DNA from: Christensenellaceae bacterium
Lineage (GTDB): Bacteria; Bacillota; Clostridia; Christensenellales; Christensenellaceae
Assembly: GCA_036660175.1 (NCBI GenBank)
Contig: JAVXBD010000001.1
Span: 4,511-68,510 of the forward strand
DNA: 64,000 bases
Reading direction: 5' to 3'
Every line of letters begins with the position of its first letter. Within the stretch, counting starts at the first letter, position 1. The translations under genes were made by a program, and so were the position numbers. Below, one piece after another: positions 53,428 to 64,000 of the stretch. The notes under the pieces are model-generated. The model saw nothing but the letters and a program-made list of their open reading frames with translations. It had not been told where the DNA came from and ran no database searches.

Positions 53428-54969
53428 TTATTTTGCGAAATCTGTTGCCCTGGTTTCTCTGATTACGTTTACTTTAATCTGACCAGGATAATCAAGATTT
53501 GCTTCAATCTTCTTTACGATGTCTCTCGCTATTAAATTTGTTCCTGCGTCATCTATGATTTCAGGTTTGACAATGATTCTAACTTCTCTGCCTGCCTGAA
53601 TAGCATATGATTTTTCAACACCTTCAAATGAATTTGCAATTTCTTCAAGATTTTCAAGACGTTTTATATAATTTTCCAAAGATTCTCTTCTTGCACCAGG
53701 TCTTGCTGCGGAAACCGCATCTGCTGCCTGTACAAGTACTGCTTCCACCGTTTTTGGCTCAACATCGCCATGATGGGCAGCAATCGCATTGATAATATCT
53801 GGTGTTTCCTTGTATTTTTTTGCAAGATCCGCACCAATTTGAATATGTGGTCCTTCCACCTCGTGGTCAACAGCTTTACCAATATCATGCAAAAGACCTG
53901 CACGCTTTGCAAATGTTGCATTTGCGCCGATTTCTGCCGCCATTAGTGATGCTAAATGTGCCACTTCTATAGAATGTTTCAACACATTTTGACCATAACT
54001 TGTCCGATATTTCAATCGTCCAAGCAATTTTACAAGCTCTGGATGTAGAGAGTGAATACCAACATCAAAAACGGCTTGTTCGCCTGCTTCTCTCATTTGG
54101 GTTTCCACTTCTTTTTGGGCTTTTGTAACCATTTCTTCAATACGTGCAGGATGAATTCTGCCATCAAGAATTAATTTTTCAAGCGCAATCCGAGCTACCT
54201 CACGTCTAATGGGGTCAAATCCAGAAAGAATCACTGCCTCAGGTGTATCATCAATAATCAAATCAATACCTGTAGCTGTTTCAAGTGTTCTGATATTTCT
54301 GCCCTCTCTGCCAATAATTCTGCCTTTCATTTCGTCATTAGGCAGATTTACGACAGACACAGTAATTTCAGCAACATGATCCGCCGCACACTTTTGTATC
54401 GCTAACGAAAGGATATTTCTGGCTTTTTTGTCTGCTTCGTCTTTTGCTTTTTGCTCAATATCTCTGAGCATGATCGCCATATCATGACGAGCCTCATGCT
54501 CAACTTTTTCAAGCAGTAACTCTTTTGCTTCGTCCACCGTCATATTTGAAATATGTTCCAATTGCTCAATTTGTTGAGTATGAACAAGTGCTAAATCTTC
54601 TTTAGCTTTTGATATTTCTTTTGACTTTTTGTTGATTAATTCATCTTTTTGTTCGATGCTGTCTAATTTCTTATCCAGCAATTCTTCTCTTTGTACTAAT
54701 CTTTTTTCAATCTTTGTAATTTCGTTTCGTCTTTCTCTTGATTCTTTGTCAAATTCGCTACGCAGTCTATGAACTTCTTCCTGTGCTTCGAGAACCGTTT
54801 CTTTTTTGATAACCTCTGCACGTTTTTGTGCATCGTCAATCAATCTTTTTACGGAATCCTCTGCGCGTCCAATCTTTGATTCGGCAATATTTCTTCTGTA
54901 AACATAGCCAATAATAAGTCCGATAATCAAGCATGCAACGCCTATAAGGATAGGAATAAGTAATTCCAC
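53428..54969 (-). CDS. rny: Ribonuclease Y
   Basis: N-terminal TM helix, a long charged coiled coil, a KH domain ([12 protein letters not shown]), and an HD domain (LLHDIGKA). GTG start. Confidence 0.95.
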   Translation of the reverse strand: MELLIPILIGVACLIIGLIIGYVYRRNIAESKIGRAEDSVKRLIDDAQKRAEVIKKETVLEAQEEVHRLRSEFDKESRERRNEITKIEKRLVQREELLDKKLDSIEQKDELINKKSKEISKAKEDLALVHTQQIEQLEHISNMTVDEAKELLLEKVEHEARHDMAIMLRDIEQKAKDEADKKARNILSLAIQKCAADHVAEITVSVVNLPNDEMKGRIIGREGRNIRTLETATGIDLIIDDTPEAVILSGFDPIRREVARIALEKLILDGRIHPARIEEMVTKAQKEVETQMREAGEQAVFDVGIHSLHPELVKLLGRLKYRTSYGQNVLKHSIEVAHLASLMAAEIGANATFAKRAGLLHDIGKAVDHEVEGPHIQIGADLAKKYKETPDIINAIAAHHGDVEPKTVEAVLVQAADAVSAARPGARRESLENYIKRLENLEEIANSFEGVEKSYAIQAGREVRIIVKPEIIDDAGTNLIARDIVKKIEANLDYPGQIKVNVIRETRATDFAK

Positions 54970-55041
54970 TTAGCAAATCCACCTCCAATTCCTTCTTATT
55001 TATATCATTATTCATTTATTGCGGTAATTAAACCTATTATT

Positions 55042-55070
55042 ATTGTAACTTTATTTTGACAAAATGTCAA
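55042..55070 (-). promoter_or_regulatory. Candidate sigma-A promoter of rny
   Basis: The minus strand reads TTGACA (RC of 55065-55070), a 17-nt spacer, then TACAAT (RC of 55042-55047). Confidence 0.5.
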
Positions 55071-55163
55071 TTCATACAATCATCAGAATAAAAAAGGTAC
55101 TGTTTATTCTGTATAAGCATGCAAATTAGTTTATTTACATAAAACAGAAAAATTTCAGATGTT

Positions 55164-56393
55164 TTATGTAAAAACACTTGTGCCTGCAAGGTATCCTGTT
55201 GAAAATGCAATTTGTAAGTTAAATCCGCCTGTTTTTGCATGGACATCCAACACTTCACCCGCAAAATAGAGATTTGATACAAGTTTGCTTTGCATGGTTG
55301 AAGGATTGATTTGCTTGACATTTACACCACCAGCGGTAATAATCGCTTCCTCAATGGGACGGGTATCTGCAATTTTTATCTTAAAATTCTTAAGAGCATT
55401 CAAAAGCACCGCTCGCTCTTCTTTTTTTATTTGATTTGCCTGTAAATTGGCATCTATTTTAATTTCTTCCAAAAAAGGGTGAATAATTTTTAAAGGCAGC
55501 AGCTCCCCCATCACATTTTTTAATTGTTTGTTGTGATTCGCTTCAAACTCTCGTATTAGGCGTGCATCAAGCACTTCAGCACTTAAAGCAGGTTTAAAAT
55601 CTATCATTGCATATAAATCCAACGGTTGCTTATCAAAATTAATATAGCTGCTTGCAGAAAGCACAATCGGTCCAGAAAGCCCAAAGTGTGTAAATAGCAT
55701 TTCACCTTGTTCAGCATATATTTTTTTATGATTCTGATACAATGTAAACAGAACATTTTTGAGCGTTAATCCCTGCATTTTCGGACAGAATCCATATTCA
55801 TCTTCAAGCGGAATTAACGCAGGATGCGGCACTTCTATTGTATGAGAAAATTGGGCAGCGAATCGAAATCCATCACCCGTAGAACCTGTAAGCGGATAAG
55901 ACTTCCCGCCTGTTGCAATAATCACTGCATCACTGTTTATTATCTTTCCATTTTTAAGTGTTATACAAAAGCGTTCTTCATGTTTTTCAACAGATAAAAC
56001 ATCAGCGTTATATTCAATCCTTACGTTTGCATCAGACAGCATTTTTTCAAGCACTCTAATCACATCTGCAGAACGATCACTCACTGGGAAAACTCTGCCG
56101 CCACGTTCTGTTTTTGTGGAAAGCCCATATTTTTTAAACAAATTCAGCAAGTCTGTATTGCTGAAGGAATAGAATGAACTCATCAGAAATTTGTTGTTTT
56201 TTACTATATTTATAAAAAAGTCGCTAATCTCACAGTCATTTGTGATATTGCATCTTCCCTTACCAGTAATATAAAGTTTTTTTCCTAATTTCTCATTCTT
56301 TTCCAGAATTGTTGTTGATATTCCTCGCATACCTGCTGCATAAGCTGCCAGTATTCCAGCAGGTCCGCCGCCTATTACAATGTTGTTTTTCAT
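55164..56393 (-). CDS. NAD(P)/FAD-dependent oxidoreductase, HI0933/BaiN-like family
   Basis: N-terminal GGGPAGILAA dinucleotide motif, GKGRCNITN block, C-terminal GGVNVKQINPSTMQSK ... FAGEVLDV. 409 aa. Confidence 0.8.
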   Translation of the reverse strand: MKNNIVIGGGPAGILAAYAAGMRGISTTILEKNEKLGKKLYITGKGRCNITNDCEISDFFINIVKNNKFLMSSFYSFSNTDLLNLFKKYGLSTKTERGGRVFPVSDRSADVIRVLEKMLSDANVRIEYNADVLSVEKHEERFCITLKNGKIINSDAVIIATGGKSYPLTGSTGDGFRFAAQFSHTIEVPHPALIPLEDEYGFCPKMQGLTLKNVLFTLYQNHKKIYAEQGEMLFTHFGLSGPIVLSASSYINFDKQPLDLYAMIDFKPALSAEVLDARLIREFEANHNKQLKNVMGELLPLKIIHPFLEEIKIDANLQANQIKKEERAVLLNALKNFKIKIADTRPIEEAIITAGGVNVKQINPSTMQSKLVSNLYFAGEVLDVHAKTGGFNLQIAFSTGYLAGTSVFT

Positions 56394-56430
56394 TTGTTAT
56401 TTAAAAGCTGTAAAAACTCTTTACTCCTCA

Positions 56431-57306
56431 TCATTCAAAATTTATTCCATCAATTTCTTTGGTTGCATATACATCATTTTCACGCCAAAGTTCTTCCAAT
56501 TTATTAAAATTAGAGAACAGAACATCTTTTTTCTTTAATCCAATCATAATAATCAGTAGATTAATTACCGCAAGCGGAGCTGTAAACGAATCCACAAAAG
56601 AATTCATATAGCTCTTAGATGTCAATACATAATCCGCTAAAACTGCAGGCGGCGCATCTTCATTATCTGTAATCGCAATCAACTTGCAGCCACGCTTTTT
56701 TAGATATTCCATACCTTCAATCGTGCGCATAGAATATCGTGGAAAACTGATTGCAATCACTGCATCTCGTTCATCTGCATTCAATATCTGACTAAAAATA
56801 TCACTTGCTTCAAAACGCACAAGCTTAGCATTTTCTGTAATATAGGTCATATAATATCTTAAAAACTCTGCAAGAGGTCCGCTTGAGCGTGTACCTAAAA
56901 TATATACGGTTCGTGCATTAACTATCGTATCCACAATTTTTTCGATATTTTGCGGGTCCATGTTTTCTTTCGTAATCCGCAAATTATGTATATCCGTTTT
57001 AAAGGAGGTGTTGATAATATCCTCGCATGACAGCCCCTCCATTAGATTTAACCTTTGTACAGTTGTCAGTTTATTCTGAATAACTTCTTGTAATTCTTTT
57101 TGCAATTTTGGGTATCCATCATAATCAAGTGCATATGCAAAGCGTACAACAGTAGATTCACTCACTCCTACCACATCACTTAAGGTTGCCGCCGTCATAA
57201 ACGCCGCTTTATCATAGTTTTTAAGAATATATGCCGCAATCAGCTTTTGCCCTTTAGACATCTTACAATATTCTTGATCGATTTTATCCATCACATTATT
57301 GTTCAT
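56431..57306 (-). CDS. MurR/RpiR-family transcriptional regulator (HTH plus SIS domain)
   Basis: N-terminal HTH_6-like region (SKGQKLIAAYILKNY ... TAATLSDVVGVSESTVVRFA) and a SIS domain (YILGTRSSG). Confidence 0.85.
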   Translation of the reverse strand: MNNNVMDKIDQEYCKMSKGQKLIAAYILKNYDKAAFMTAATLSDVVGVSESTVVRFAYALDYDGYPKLQKELQEVIQNKLTTVQRLNLMEGLSCEDIINTSFKTDIHNLRITKENMDPQNIEKIVDTIVNARTVYILGTRSSGPLAEFLRYYMTYITENAKLVRFEASDIFSQILNADERDAVIAISFPRYSMRTIEGMEYLKKRGCKLIAITDNEDAPPAVLADYVLTSKSYMNSFVDSFTAPLAVINLLIIMIGLKKKDVLFSNFNKLEELWRENDVYATKEIDGINFE

Positions 57307-57360
57307 GGCATCCTCCCATCAATTTTAATATGCTTCTCTTATTTATTTTACCACAAACCA

Positions 57361-58149
57361 TTAAAAATGCAATTTCATTTTTTCAAACTTGCATTTTGTA
57401 TTTTTAAGTTGTACATTTTCAGTAATGTTCCATTTTAACGGTGATACCGTGATATACCCCTCATGAATATATTTTGCGTCCGTCAGGTTTTCCTCGTTGT
57501 AGACACTTTTGGTAAGCTCACCGCTAATCCAATAATAGCCTCTCCCCATTGGATCAATGCGTTTTTCAAAGGTTTCATCATATTTACTAATGCCTTGCGC
57601 ACAAACTTTTAGACCTTTTATAGCTTCTGTTTCAGGAAAATTGATATTGTAAATATATTCTTTTAACTCAGATAAATCTATTTGTTTCAGTAATTCTGCA
57701 AATATTTCTGAGGTATTGCAGAACAGCTCCTCTAAATCTTCGGAATGTTTTGACATAATCTGAGAAAGAGCAATTGCAGGAATACCTACCATACAAGCGT
57801 CAAGTGCGGCATTTACCGTTCCAGAATAGGCAATATCCGTACCGATATTTCCACCATGATTGATACCAGACAGCACTAAATCGACAGGCTCTTTCATAAT
57901 ATTAGAAAGTCCAATTTTTACGCAGTCAACTGGTGTTCCTGTTACTTTATATGCTTCTATTCCGTTGTATTCAGCAATATCAATTTTCTTTACAGTCAAA
58001 GGCAGATCCATTGTCAGCGAGTGAGAACTTGCACTGCGTTCCCTATCGGGTGCAACGACTGTCACATCGTGTTCTTTCTTTAAACATTTTGCAAGTTCAA
58101 TAATCCCTCTTGCAAAAATCCCATCATCGTTTGTAATCAAAATCCTCAT
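57361..58149 (-). CDS. surE: 5'/3'-nucleotidase SurE
   Basis: MRILITNDDGI N-terminus and the GINHGGNIG block. Confidence 0.93.
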   Translation of the reverse strand: MRILITNDDGIFARGIIELAKCLKKEHDVTVVAPDRERSASSHSLTMDLPLTVKKIDIAEYNGIEAYKVTGTPVDCVKIGLSNIMKEPVDLVLSGINHGGNIGTDIAYSGTVNAALDACMVGIPAIALSQIMSKHSEDLEELFCNTSEIFAELLKQIDLSELKEYIYNINFPETEAIKGLKVCAQGISKYDETFEKRIDPMGRGYYWISGELTKSVYNEENLTDAKYIHEGYITVSPLKWNITENVQLKNTKCKFEKMKLHF

Positions 58150-58276
58150 GTTTTATCCTCACTTACTTTTTACCTATTACTATATTATATACCGTTTTCA
58201 TCTTATTTGCACATACAAAAAACCTTTACCACATATAAATACGCAGCAAAGGCCCTTTATATTTTATAATGTTACC

Positions 58277-59527
58277 TCATTTTATCCCAATATCTGTCCG
58301 AAATTGAGCGCCATCAAAGTGTATCTTTTTAACATTTGCGTAAGCTTTTTCACGTGCTTGTGCAATATCTTTTCCTGTTGCAGTCACACCTAAAACTCTT
58401 CCGCCATTTGTAACAAGCGTACCATTATCTATCTTTGTTCCTGCATGAAAAACAACAACATCTTTGTCCACTTGATCAAGCCCTACAATTTTTTTACCAT
58501 TTTCATATTTTTGAGGGTATCCGCCGCTTGCCAGCACCACGCACACCGCACTTTTATCTTCCCATTCAAGCGTAATCTTATCAAGCGTGCCATCAATCAC
58601 TGCATCAATCACTTTTAGCAAATCTGTTTTCAATAATAAAAACACAGACTGTGTTTCTGGATCGCCCAAACGTGCATTATATTCCAATAATTTCGGCCCA
58701 TCTTGTGTAAGCATAAGACCAAAGAAAATAACTCCCTGAAACGTTCTGCCCTCTGCATTTAAGGCAGCTACCGTTTTTGCAAAAATTTCTTTTTCGACAT
58801 ATTGCTGTATTTCAAGCGTATATTTAGGTGATGGTGCAAAAGTACCCATGCCTCCTGTATTTAAACCTTTATCGTTATCGTAGGCACGCTTGTGGTCTTG
58901 TGCTGACAACATAGGAAGAATTGTTTTTCCATCACAAAATGCAAGTACCGAAACCTCTGGCCCAGAAATAAACTCCTCAATTACAATTTGCACTCCAGCA
59001 TTTCCAAATTTTCTATCAATCATGACATCGTTTACAGCCTGTTTTGCCTGTGCAAAATTTTCACAGATAATCACACCTTTTCCAAGTGCCAAACCATCTG
59101 CTTTTACAACTACTGGATACTTTGAAGTTTGCAAATAAGAAACTGCTTTTTGCGCATTATCAAACACCTCAAAATTAGCTGTCGGTATGTCGTATTTCTT
59201 CATCAGCCATTTTGAATATGCTTTTGACCATTCAATTTCTGCCGCAGCCTTTGACGGACCAAAAGCACGTATTCCCACTTTTTGCAAAGCGTCCACCATG
59301 CCTAATGCAAGCGGGTCGTCAGGTGCAACAAACACCAAATCCATAGCGTTTTCTTTTGCCCACAAAACCATTTTTTCAACTTCATTTGGTTTGATGTCTA
59401 CACATTCCGCAAGCTGCGAAATTCCACCATTTCCAGGCGCACAATAGAGCTGAACACCATCTTTTTTAAGTTTATAGGCTATGGCATGCTCACGTCCGCC
59501 ACCACCGACAATTAAAATTTTCGTCAT
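58277..59527 (-). CDS. purD: Phosphoribosylamine-glycine ligase
   Basis: KILIVGGGGREHA N-terminus, ATP-grasp core, 416 aa. Confidence 0.95.
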   Translation of the reverse strand: MTKILIVGGGGREHAIAYKLKKDGVQLYCAPGNGGISQLAECVDIKPNEVEKMVLWAKENAMDLVFVAPDDPLALGMVDALQKVGIRAFGPSKAAAEIEWSKAYSKWLMKKYDIPTANFEVFDNAQKAVSYLQTSKYPVVVKADGLALGKGVIICENFAQAKQAVNDVMIDRKFGNAGVQIVIEEFISGPEVSVLAFCDGKTILPMLSAQDHKRAYDNDKGLNTGGMGTFAPSPKYTLEIQQYVEKEIFAKTVAALNAEGRTFQGVIFFGLMLTQDGPKLLEYNARLGDPETQSVFLLLKTDLLKVIDAVIDGTLDKITLEWEDKSAVCVVLASGGYPQKYENGKKIVGLDQVDKDVVVFHAGTKIDNGTLVTNGGRVLGVTATGKDIAQAREKAYANVKKIHFDGAQFRTDIGIK

Positions 59528-59536
59528 TTTTTTCTC

Positions 59537-61078
59537 CTAATGCCTAAAATGTCTAATTCCTGTAAAGACCATTGCAATACCATATTCATCACATTTTTTG
59601 ATAGAATCTTCATCACGTATAGATCCACCTGGCTGTATGATTGCAGTAATACCTGCTTTTGCTGCCGCTTCTACACAGTCGTCAAACGGAAAAAACGCAT
59701 CTGAAGCAAGCACAGCACCTTTGACATCTTCACCGCTCCGCTCAATCGCCATTTCAGCAGCCCAAATGCGGTTTGTTTGTCCAGGGCCAATGCCTAATGT
59801 AGCCATATCTTTTGCAATCGCAATTCCATTTGATTTTACAAATTTAACAACTTTAAATGCAAATTCAAGATTTTCAAACTCTTCTTCTGTTGGTTTTCGT
59901 TTTGTCACAACCCGTAGCTCACCATCAAACAATTTTGTGTTTGTATCTTGTATGAGCATTCCACCGCTCACTTTTTTTGCATCATAAGACATGGTATTTC
60001 TTTTTTCCAACATATCTGGTAACTGCAAAACACGCAAGTTTTTCTTTTGGCACAGAATTTCAAGAGCTTCTTCTGTATAGGATGGCGCAATTACAATTTC
60101 TAAAAATATCTTGCTCATCTGATTTGCTGTTTTCTCATCAATCTCACGATTTACAGCAACAATTCCACCAAAGATAGAAACGGGATCACATTCATATGCT
60201 TTCATGTATGCTTCAAGTACAGTTTCTGCACTACCAACACCGCATGGATTTGCGTGTTTAACACCCACTACCGTAGTATCTTCAAACTCACGAAGACAAT
60301 CGAGTGCTCCAGCCGCATCATTGATATTATTAAATGAAAGAGCCTTCCCATTTAGCTGTTTCGCATTTGCAAGGCTACCTGCAACATACATCGGTTCTTT
60401 ATAAAAAGCAGCCTTTTGATGAGGATTTTCTCCATATCTCATGTCTATTTGTTTTTCAAATGTCAAAGTAAGCTTTTGTGGAATTGCGTCTTTATTCTGC
60501 TGCTGACGTAAATATGCAGCAATGAGTGCATCATAGGCAGCTGTTTCTTCAAAAACCTTAGCACATAATCTGAACTTTGTATCCCTTGATACAGAACCGT
60601 CTTTTTTTAGTTCTTCAAGTACAACATCATAGTCCTTTGTATCAATCACCACTGCAACGTCCTGCCAATTTTTTGCAGCCGCACGAAGCATGGTTGGCCC
60701 ACCAATGTCAATGTTTTCAATGGCATCTGCAAGTGTTACATCAGCTTTTGAAATTGTCTGCTTGAATGGATATAAATTCACCGCAACAACATCAATTGTA
60801 TCAACACCAAGCTCTTTTAATTGATTCATATGCTCTTCATTGCTGCGCATTGCAAGAATCCCTGCATGGATTTTGGGGTGTAGCGTTTTTACCCTGCCAT
60901 CAAGACACTCTGGAAATCCAGTGATTTGTGAAACGTTGATTACTTTGATTCCATTGTTTTCTAATTCTCTTTGTGTACCACCCGTTGAAAGTATCTCAAA
61001 TCCAAGTTCATGCAGACCTTTTGCAAAACCTACAACACCTGTTTTATCAAAAACACTAATAAATGCTCTCTTTGTCAT
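59537..61078 (-). CDS. purH: Bifunctional AICAR formyltransferase / IMP cyclohydrolase
   Basis: MGS-like N-terminus ([11 protein letters not shown]) and a C-terminal AICARFT domain ending in [10 protein letters not shown] chose the start at MTKRA, 8 nt after GGAGGA. Confidence 0.95.
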   Translation of the reverse strand: MTKRAFISVFDKTGVVGFAKGLHELGFEILSTGGTQRELENNGIKVINVSQITGFPECLDGRVKTLHPKIHAGILAMRSNEEHMNQLKELGVDTIDVVAVNLYPFKQTISKADVTLADAIENIDIGGPTMLRAAAKNWQDVAVVIDTKDYDVVLEELKKDGSVSRDTKFRLCAKVFEETAAYDALIAAYLRQQQNKDAIPQKLTLTFEKQIDMRYGENPHQKAAFYKEPMYVAGSLANAKQLNGKALSFNNINDAAGALDCLREFEDTTVVGVKHANPCGVGSAETVLEAYMKAYECDPVSIFGGIVAVNREIDEKTANQMSKIFLEIVIAPSYTEEALEILCQKKNLRVLQLPDMLEKRNTMSYDAKKVSGGMLIQDTNTKLFDGELRVVTKRKPTEEEFENLEFAFKVVKFVKSNGIAIAKDMATLGIGPGQTNRIWAAEMAIERSGEDVKGAVLASDAFFPFDDCVEAAAKAGITAIIQPGGSIRDEDSIKKCDEYGIAMVFTGIRHFRH

Positions 61079-61092
61079 TTTTTTATCCTCCA

Positions 61093-61713
61093 CTATTCTA
61101 AAATTGTTACTCGTCTGCCATCAACTATAATTTTTTCTTCTGCCATTTTCGAAACTACTTCGGGCAATATCTCATGTTCGATTTTAAGCACACGAGCTGC
61201 AAGTGTCTGCGGTGTATCGTCCGAAAAAACTTCCACTGCTTTTTGCATAATAATCGGACCTGTATCTGCTTTTTCATCAACGAAATGCACTGTTGCACCC
61301 GATACTTTTGCGCCATAAGCAATAACAGATTCATGCACTTTACTTCCATAATATCCCATTCCGCAGAAACTCGGAATCAGGGACGGATGAATATTCAAAA
61401 TCTTATTTCTATAAGCTTTTATTGTTTTTTTACCTACGATGTTTAAATATCCTGCAAGTACTACAAAATCTGCCTGCACTTCATGCAACGCATTTAAAAT
61501 AGCCTGATCAAATTTTTGCAGTTCTTCAAAATCTCTGCGTACAATTACTTTTACTGGAATATTTGCATTTTTTGCACGAGTAATCGCATAAATATCTGGT
61601 TTGCTTGCAATTACGCAACAAATCTCTGCATTTATTTTCCCGCTTTGCGTTGCATCAATCAACGACTGTAAATCTGTACCGCCGCCTGACACCATCACCG
61701 CAAATTTCAGCAT
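61093..61713 (-). CDS. purN: Phosphoribosylglycinamide formyltransferase
   Basis: SGGGTDLQ N-terminus and the [10 protein letters not shown] active-site block. Confidence 0.93.
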   Translation of the reverse strand: MLKFAVMVSGGGTDLQSLIDATQSGKINAEICCVIASKPDIYAITRAKNANIPVKVIVRRDFEELQKFDQAILNALHEVQADFVVLAGYLNIVGKKTIKAYRNKILNIHPSLIPSFCGMGYYGSKVHESVIAYGAKVSGATVHFVDEKADTGPIIMQKAVEVFSDDTPQTLAARVLKIEHEILPEVVSKMAEEKIIVDGRRVTILE

Positions 61714-62714
61714 AATTCAATGCCTCCGCTGCCATCTGTAATTTCCCCTATTATATAGGCTTGCTCGCCAGAATCTTTCAAAGATTGTACAGCGTCATTT
61801 TGCATACCATCTTTCACCACAACAATCATACCAATACCCATATTAAAAGTTGAAAAGGCATCTTTTTGCGTTAGTTTTGCGTCTTTCACGAGCATATTAA
61901 ATACTTGTGGCATTTTCCATGACCCAAGATTGATTTTCGCACCTATGCCCTCATGTAAAATGCGTGGAATGTTTTCATAAAAACCACCGCCCGTAATATG
62001 CGCAATTCCTGTTACTGTAAAGTTCTTGATCAGTTTCAAAATTGATTTTACATAGATTTTAGTTGGTGCAAGCAATAAATCGCCCAGTGACTCTTTGTCT
62101 ACCTTCTTTGTTAAAAGCGAATGATCCATCGCATACAGCTTCCGAACCAATGAAAAACCGTTGGAATGCACACCCGTACTGCCCAGTCCTATGATTTTAT
62201 CACCGACTTCTATTTTGCTTCCATTGATAATATCTTCTTTGTTGACCATTCCTACACAAAATCCCGCAAGATCATATTCGCCCTTTGGATAAAAGCCAGG
62301 CATCTCTGCAGTTTCTCCGCCTATCAAGGCGCATTCAGACTGCATGCAGCCGTCTGCAATTCCTTTCACAATGTCAGATGCAACCTTAGGATTTAGCTCA
62401 CCTGTTGCAATATAATCTAAAAAGAACAATGGTTTTGCTCCATGGCAAATAACATCATTTACACACATTGCAACACAGTCAATACCAACTGTATCATTTT
62501 TATCCATAGCAAATGCCGCTTTAAGTTTTGTACCGACACCGTCCGTACCTGCAACAAGTACCTGCCCGTTTCCAATATCATACATACCGCCAAACGTACC
62601 CAAATCCGTAATTACATTCCCGTCAAAAGTCTTTTTTACATGCTCTTTCATCAGTTTTACAGCCTCGTATCCACGCTGCACGTCTACTCCAGCATCTTTA
62701 TATGTAACAGCCAT
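61707..62714 (-). CDS. purM: Phosphoribosylformylglycinamidine cyclo-ligase (AIR synthetase)
   Basis: YKDAGVDV N-terminus, DGVGTK and GGETAEMPG blocks. Confidence 0.95.
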   Translation of the reverse strand: MAVTYKDAGVDVQRGYEAVKLMKEHVKKTFDGNVITDLGTFGGMYDIGNGQVLVAGTDGVGTKLKAAFAMDKNDTVGIDCVAMCVNDVICHGAKPLFFLDYIATGELNPKVASDIVKGIADGCMQSECALIGGETAEMPGFYPKGEYDLAGFCVGMVNKEDIINGSKIEVGDKIIGLGSTGVHSNGFSLVRKLYAMDHSLLTKKVDKESLGDLLLAPTKIYVKSILKLIKNFTVTGIAHITGGGFYENIPRILHEGIGAKINLGSWKMPQVFNMLVKDAKLTQKDAFSTFNMGIGMIVVVKDGMQNDAVQSLKDSGEQAYIIGEITDGSGGIELC

Positions 62715-62725
62715 TCAATAAACTC

Positions 62726-64000
62726 CTATTCTATACTTAGTAAATCCATACCTTCTGATTCTTTAAGTGTTTTCTTAATATCCAATGGATAATTCCCATC
62801 AAAACAACCCGTACAGAAATTGCACCCAGCGCCTTCTACCGTCTTTAGCAAATCTTCTATACTCAAATAATTCAGTGTATCTGCACCAATGATTTTTCTG
62901 ATTTCTTCCACTGAATTTTTCGAACCGATAAGCTGTTCATGTGATGGTGTATCAATTCCAAAAAAACAGGGACATTTCACTGGCGGCGAACTAATTTGCA
63001 TATGCACTTCACGTGCGCCAGCAAGCTTTAGCATTTCCACGATTTTTTTGCTTGTTGTACCACGTACAATTGAATCATCAATGAGTATCAGCTTTTTGCC
63101 ATGCACATTGCGCTTCATGGCATTGAGTTTTAACTTGACGCCACGTTCTCTTAATGCCTGAGATGGCTGAATAAACGTGCGCCCAACGTATCTATTTTTT
63201 GCAAGTACTTTTGCATAGGGAATGCCGCTTTCAGACGCATATCCAGTTGCCGCTGGCGTTGCAGAATCAGGAACACCACCCACTAAGTCCGCTTCAATCG
63301 GAAATGCCTGTGCCAGCTTGATGCCCATCTGTTCTCGTGAACGATACACACTGATTCCGTCAATATCAGAATCTGGCCGTGCAAAATACACGTACTCAAA
63401 GACGCACAATGAAGTATGCATAGACGATTGTGCCTGATAGGATTTTAGCCCATCTTTGTTGATGACAACAATCTCACCAGGTCTAATATCCCTTACAAAT
63501 TCTGCATCAATCGCATCAAATGCACACGACTCTGATGCAATCACATAACTATTGTCAAGCTTTCCAAGTGCAAGAGGTCTGATGCCTAATGGATCACGCA
63601 CTGCAACAAGCTCGTCCTGCGTCATCAGTACAAGTGCATATGAACCACGAATCACTTTCATCATGGAAGCAATTGCCTGTACCAAACCTCGCTTTGAGTA
63701 CTTTGCAATCAGATTCGCCATGACTTCTGTGTCAATCGTTGTCTGAAAAATCGCACCATCATTCTCCATTTTTTCACGCAGTATACTTGCATTGATTAAA
63801 TTTCCATTATGCGAAAGTGCCAGTTTTCCACTTCGATAAGACATCACAAGCGGCTGTGCATTAGATGGCAAGCTGTCGCCTGTTGTAGAATAACGCACAT
63901 GCCCAATTCCAATATGACCACCCAGTATTTTATCTAAATTGTCTTTAAAAACCTCAGAGCAAAGCCCCATACCTTTATGGTACTTCATCTCCTTGCCGTT
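62726..64000 (-). CDS. purF: Amidophosphoribosyltransferase, 3' portion (N-terminus beyond the right edge)
   Basis: GIGHVRYSTTG, PRTase loop LILIDDSIVRGTT, and C-terminal Fe-S Cys cluster region (CPCFFGID, CNFCTGCFDGNYP). The reading frame is open to position 64000. Confidence 0.93.
   Translation of the reverse strand, partial: NGKEMKYHKGMGLCSEVFKDNLDKILGGHIGIGHVRYSTTGDSLPSNAQPLVMSYRSGKLALSHNGNLINASILREKMENDGAIFQTTIDTEVMANLIAKYSKRGLVQAIASMMKVIRGSYALVLMTQDELVAVRDPLGIRPLALGKLDNSYVIASESCAFDAIDAEFVRDIRPGEIVVINKDGLKSYQAQSSMHTSLCVFEYVYFARPDSDIDGISVYRSREQMGIKLAQAFPIEADLVGGVPDSATPAATGYASESGIPYAKVLAKNRYVGRTFIQPSQALRERGVKLKLNAMKRNVHGKKLILIDDSIVRGTTSKKIVEMLKLAGAREVHMQISSPPVKCPCFFGIDTPSHEQLIGSKNSVEEIRKIIGADTLNYLSIEDLLKTVEGAGCNFCTGCFDGNYPLDIKKTLKESEGMDLLSIE

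Noticed and set aside
1-64000. Defence systems, toxin-antitoxin pairs, CRISPR, rRNA, IS elements
   Set aside because: I looked for repeat-spacer arrays, small adjacent ORF pairs, nuclease, helicase or methylase motifs, and terminal inverted repeats. I found none. Every long ORF is accounted for by a metabolic, transport, regulatory or housekeeping family.

Overview
This is a 64-kb chromosomal segment from a low-GC Gram-positive anaerobe, probably Clostridia-like. That guess rests on GGAGG-type ribosome-binding sites, gene content (rny, cinA, surE, rubrerythrin, a purF-M-N-H-D block, mutS-mutL-miaA) and tRNA sequences. I found no rRNA, CRISPR array, transposase or phage module. About half the window is housekeeping: miaB-mutS-mutL-miaA, rnhA, proC, purB, rny, surE, five pur genes and seven tRNAs. 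The rest is accessory carbohydrate-type content with several unusual features. (1) There are two paralogous Rbs-type sugar ABC importer operons, at 1-4931 and 32820-42612. Together they carry four uroporphyrinogen-decarboxylase-fold (URO-D/MT2-like) paralogs, with no heme genes and no corrinoid protein anywhere in the window. The larger operon also has an FGGY kinase and a divergent SorC-family regulator, an Lsr-like layout that lacks LsrF/LsrG. (2) A convergent second operon, also SorC-headed, encodes an acetoin/2-oxoacid-dehydrogenase-like complex. Its E2 has no lipoyl domain but two subunit-binding domains, and the only lipoyl domain is fused to E3. (3) A stand-alone LuxC/LuxE (fatty-acid-reductase-like) pair lacks luxA, luxB and luxD. 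(4) A YesN/YesM-type two-component system is translationally coupled to a membrane-anchored type-I binding protein and followed by an orphan family-1 binding protein. (5) An LDH-family gene carries Arg at the Gln102 specificity position. It sits behind a Rex-box-like palindrome, upstream of malic enzyme and next to citrate synthase. All functional calls come from reading the translated ORFs against remembered family motifs. No database search was possible, so family assignments are strong for housekeeping genes and the pathway ideas are hypotheses.
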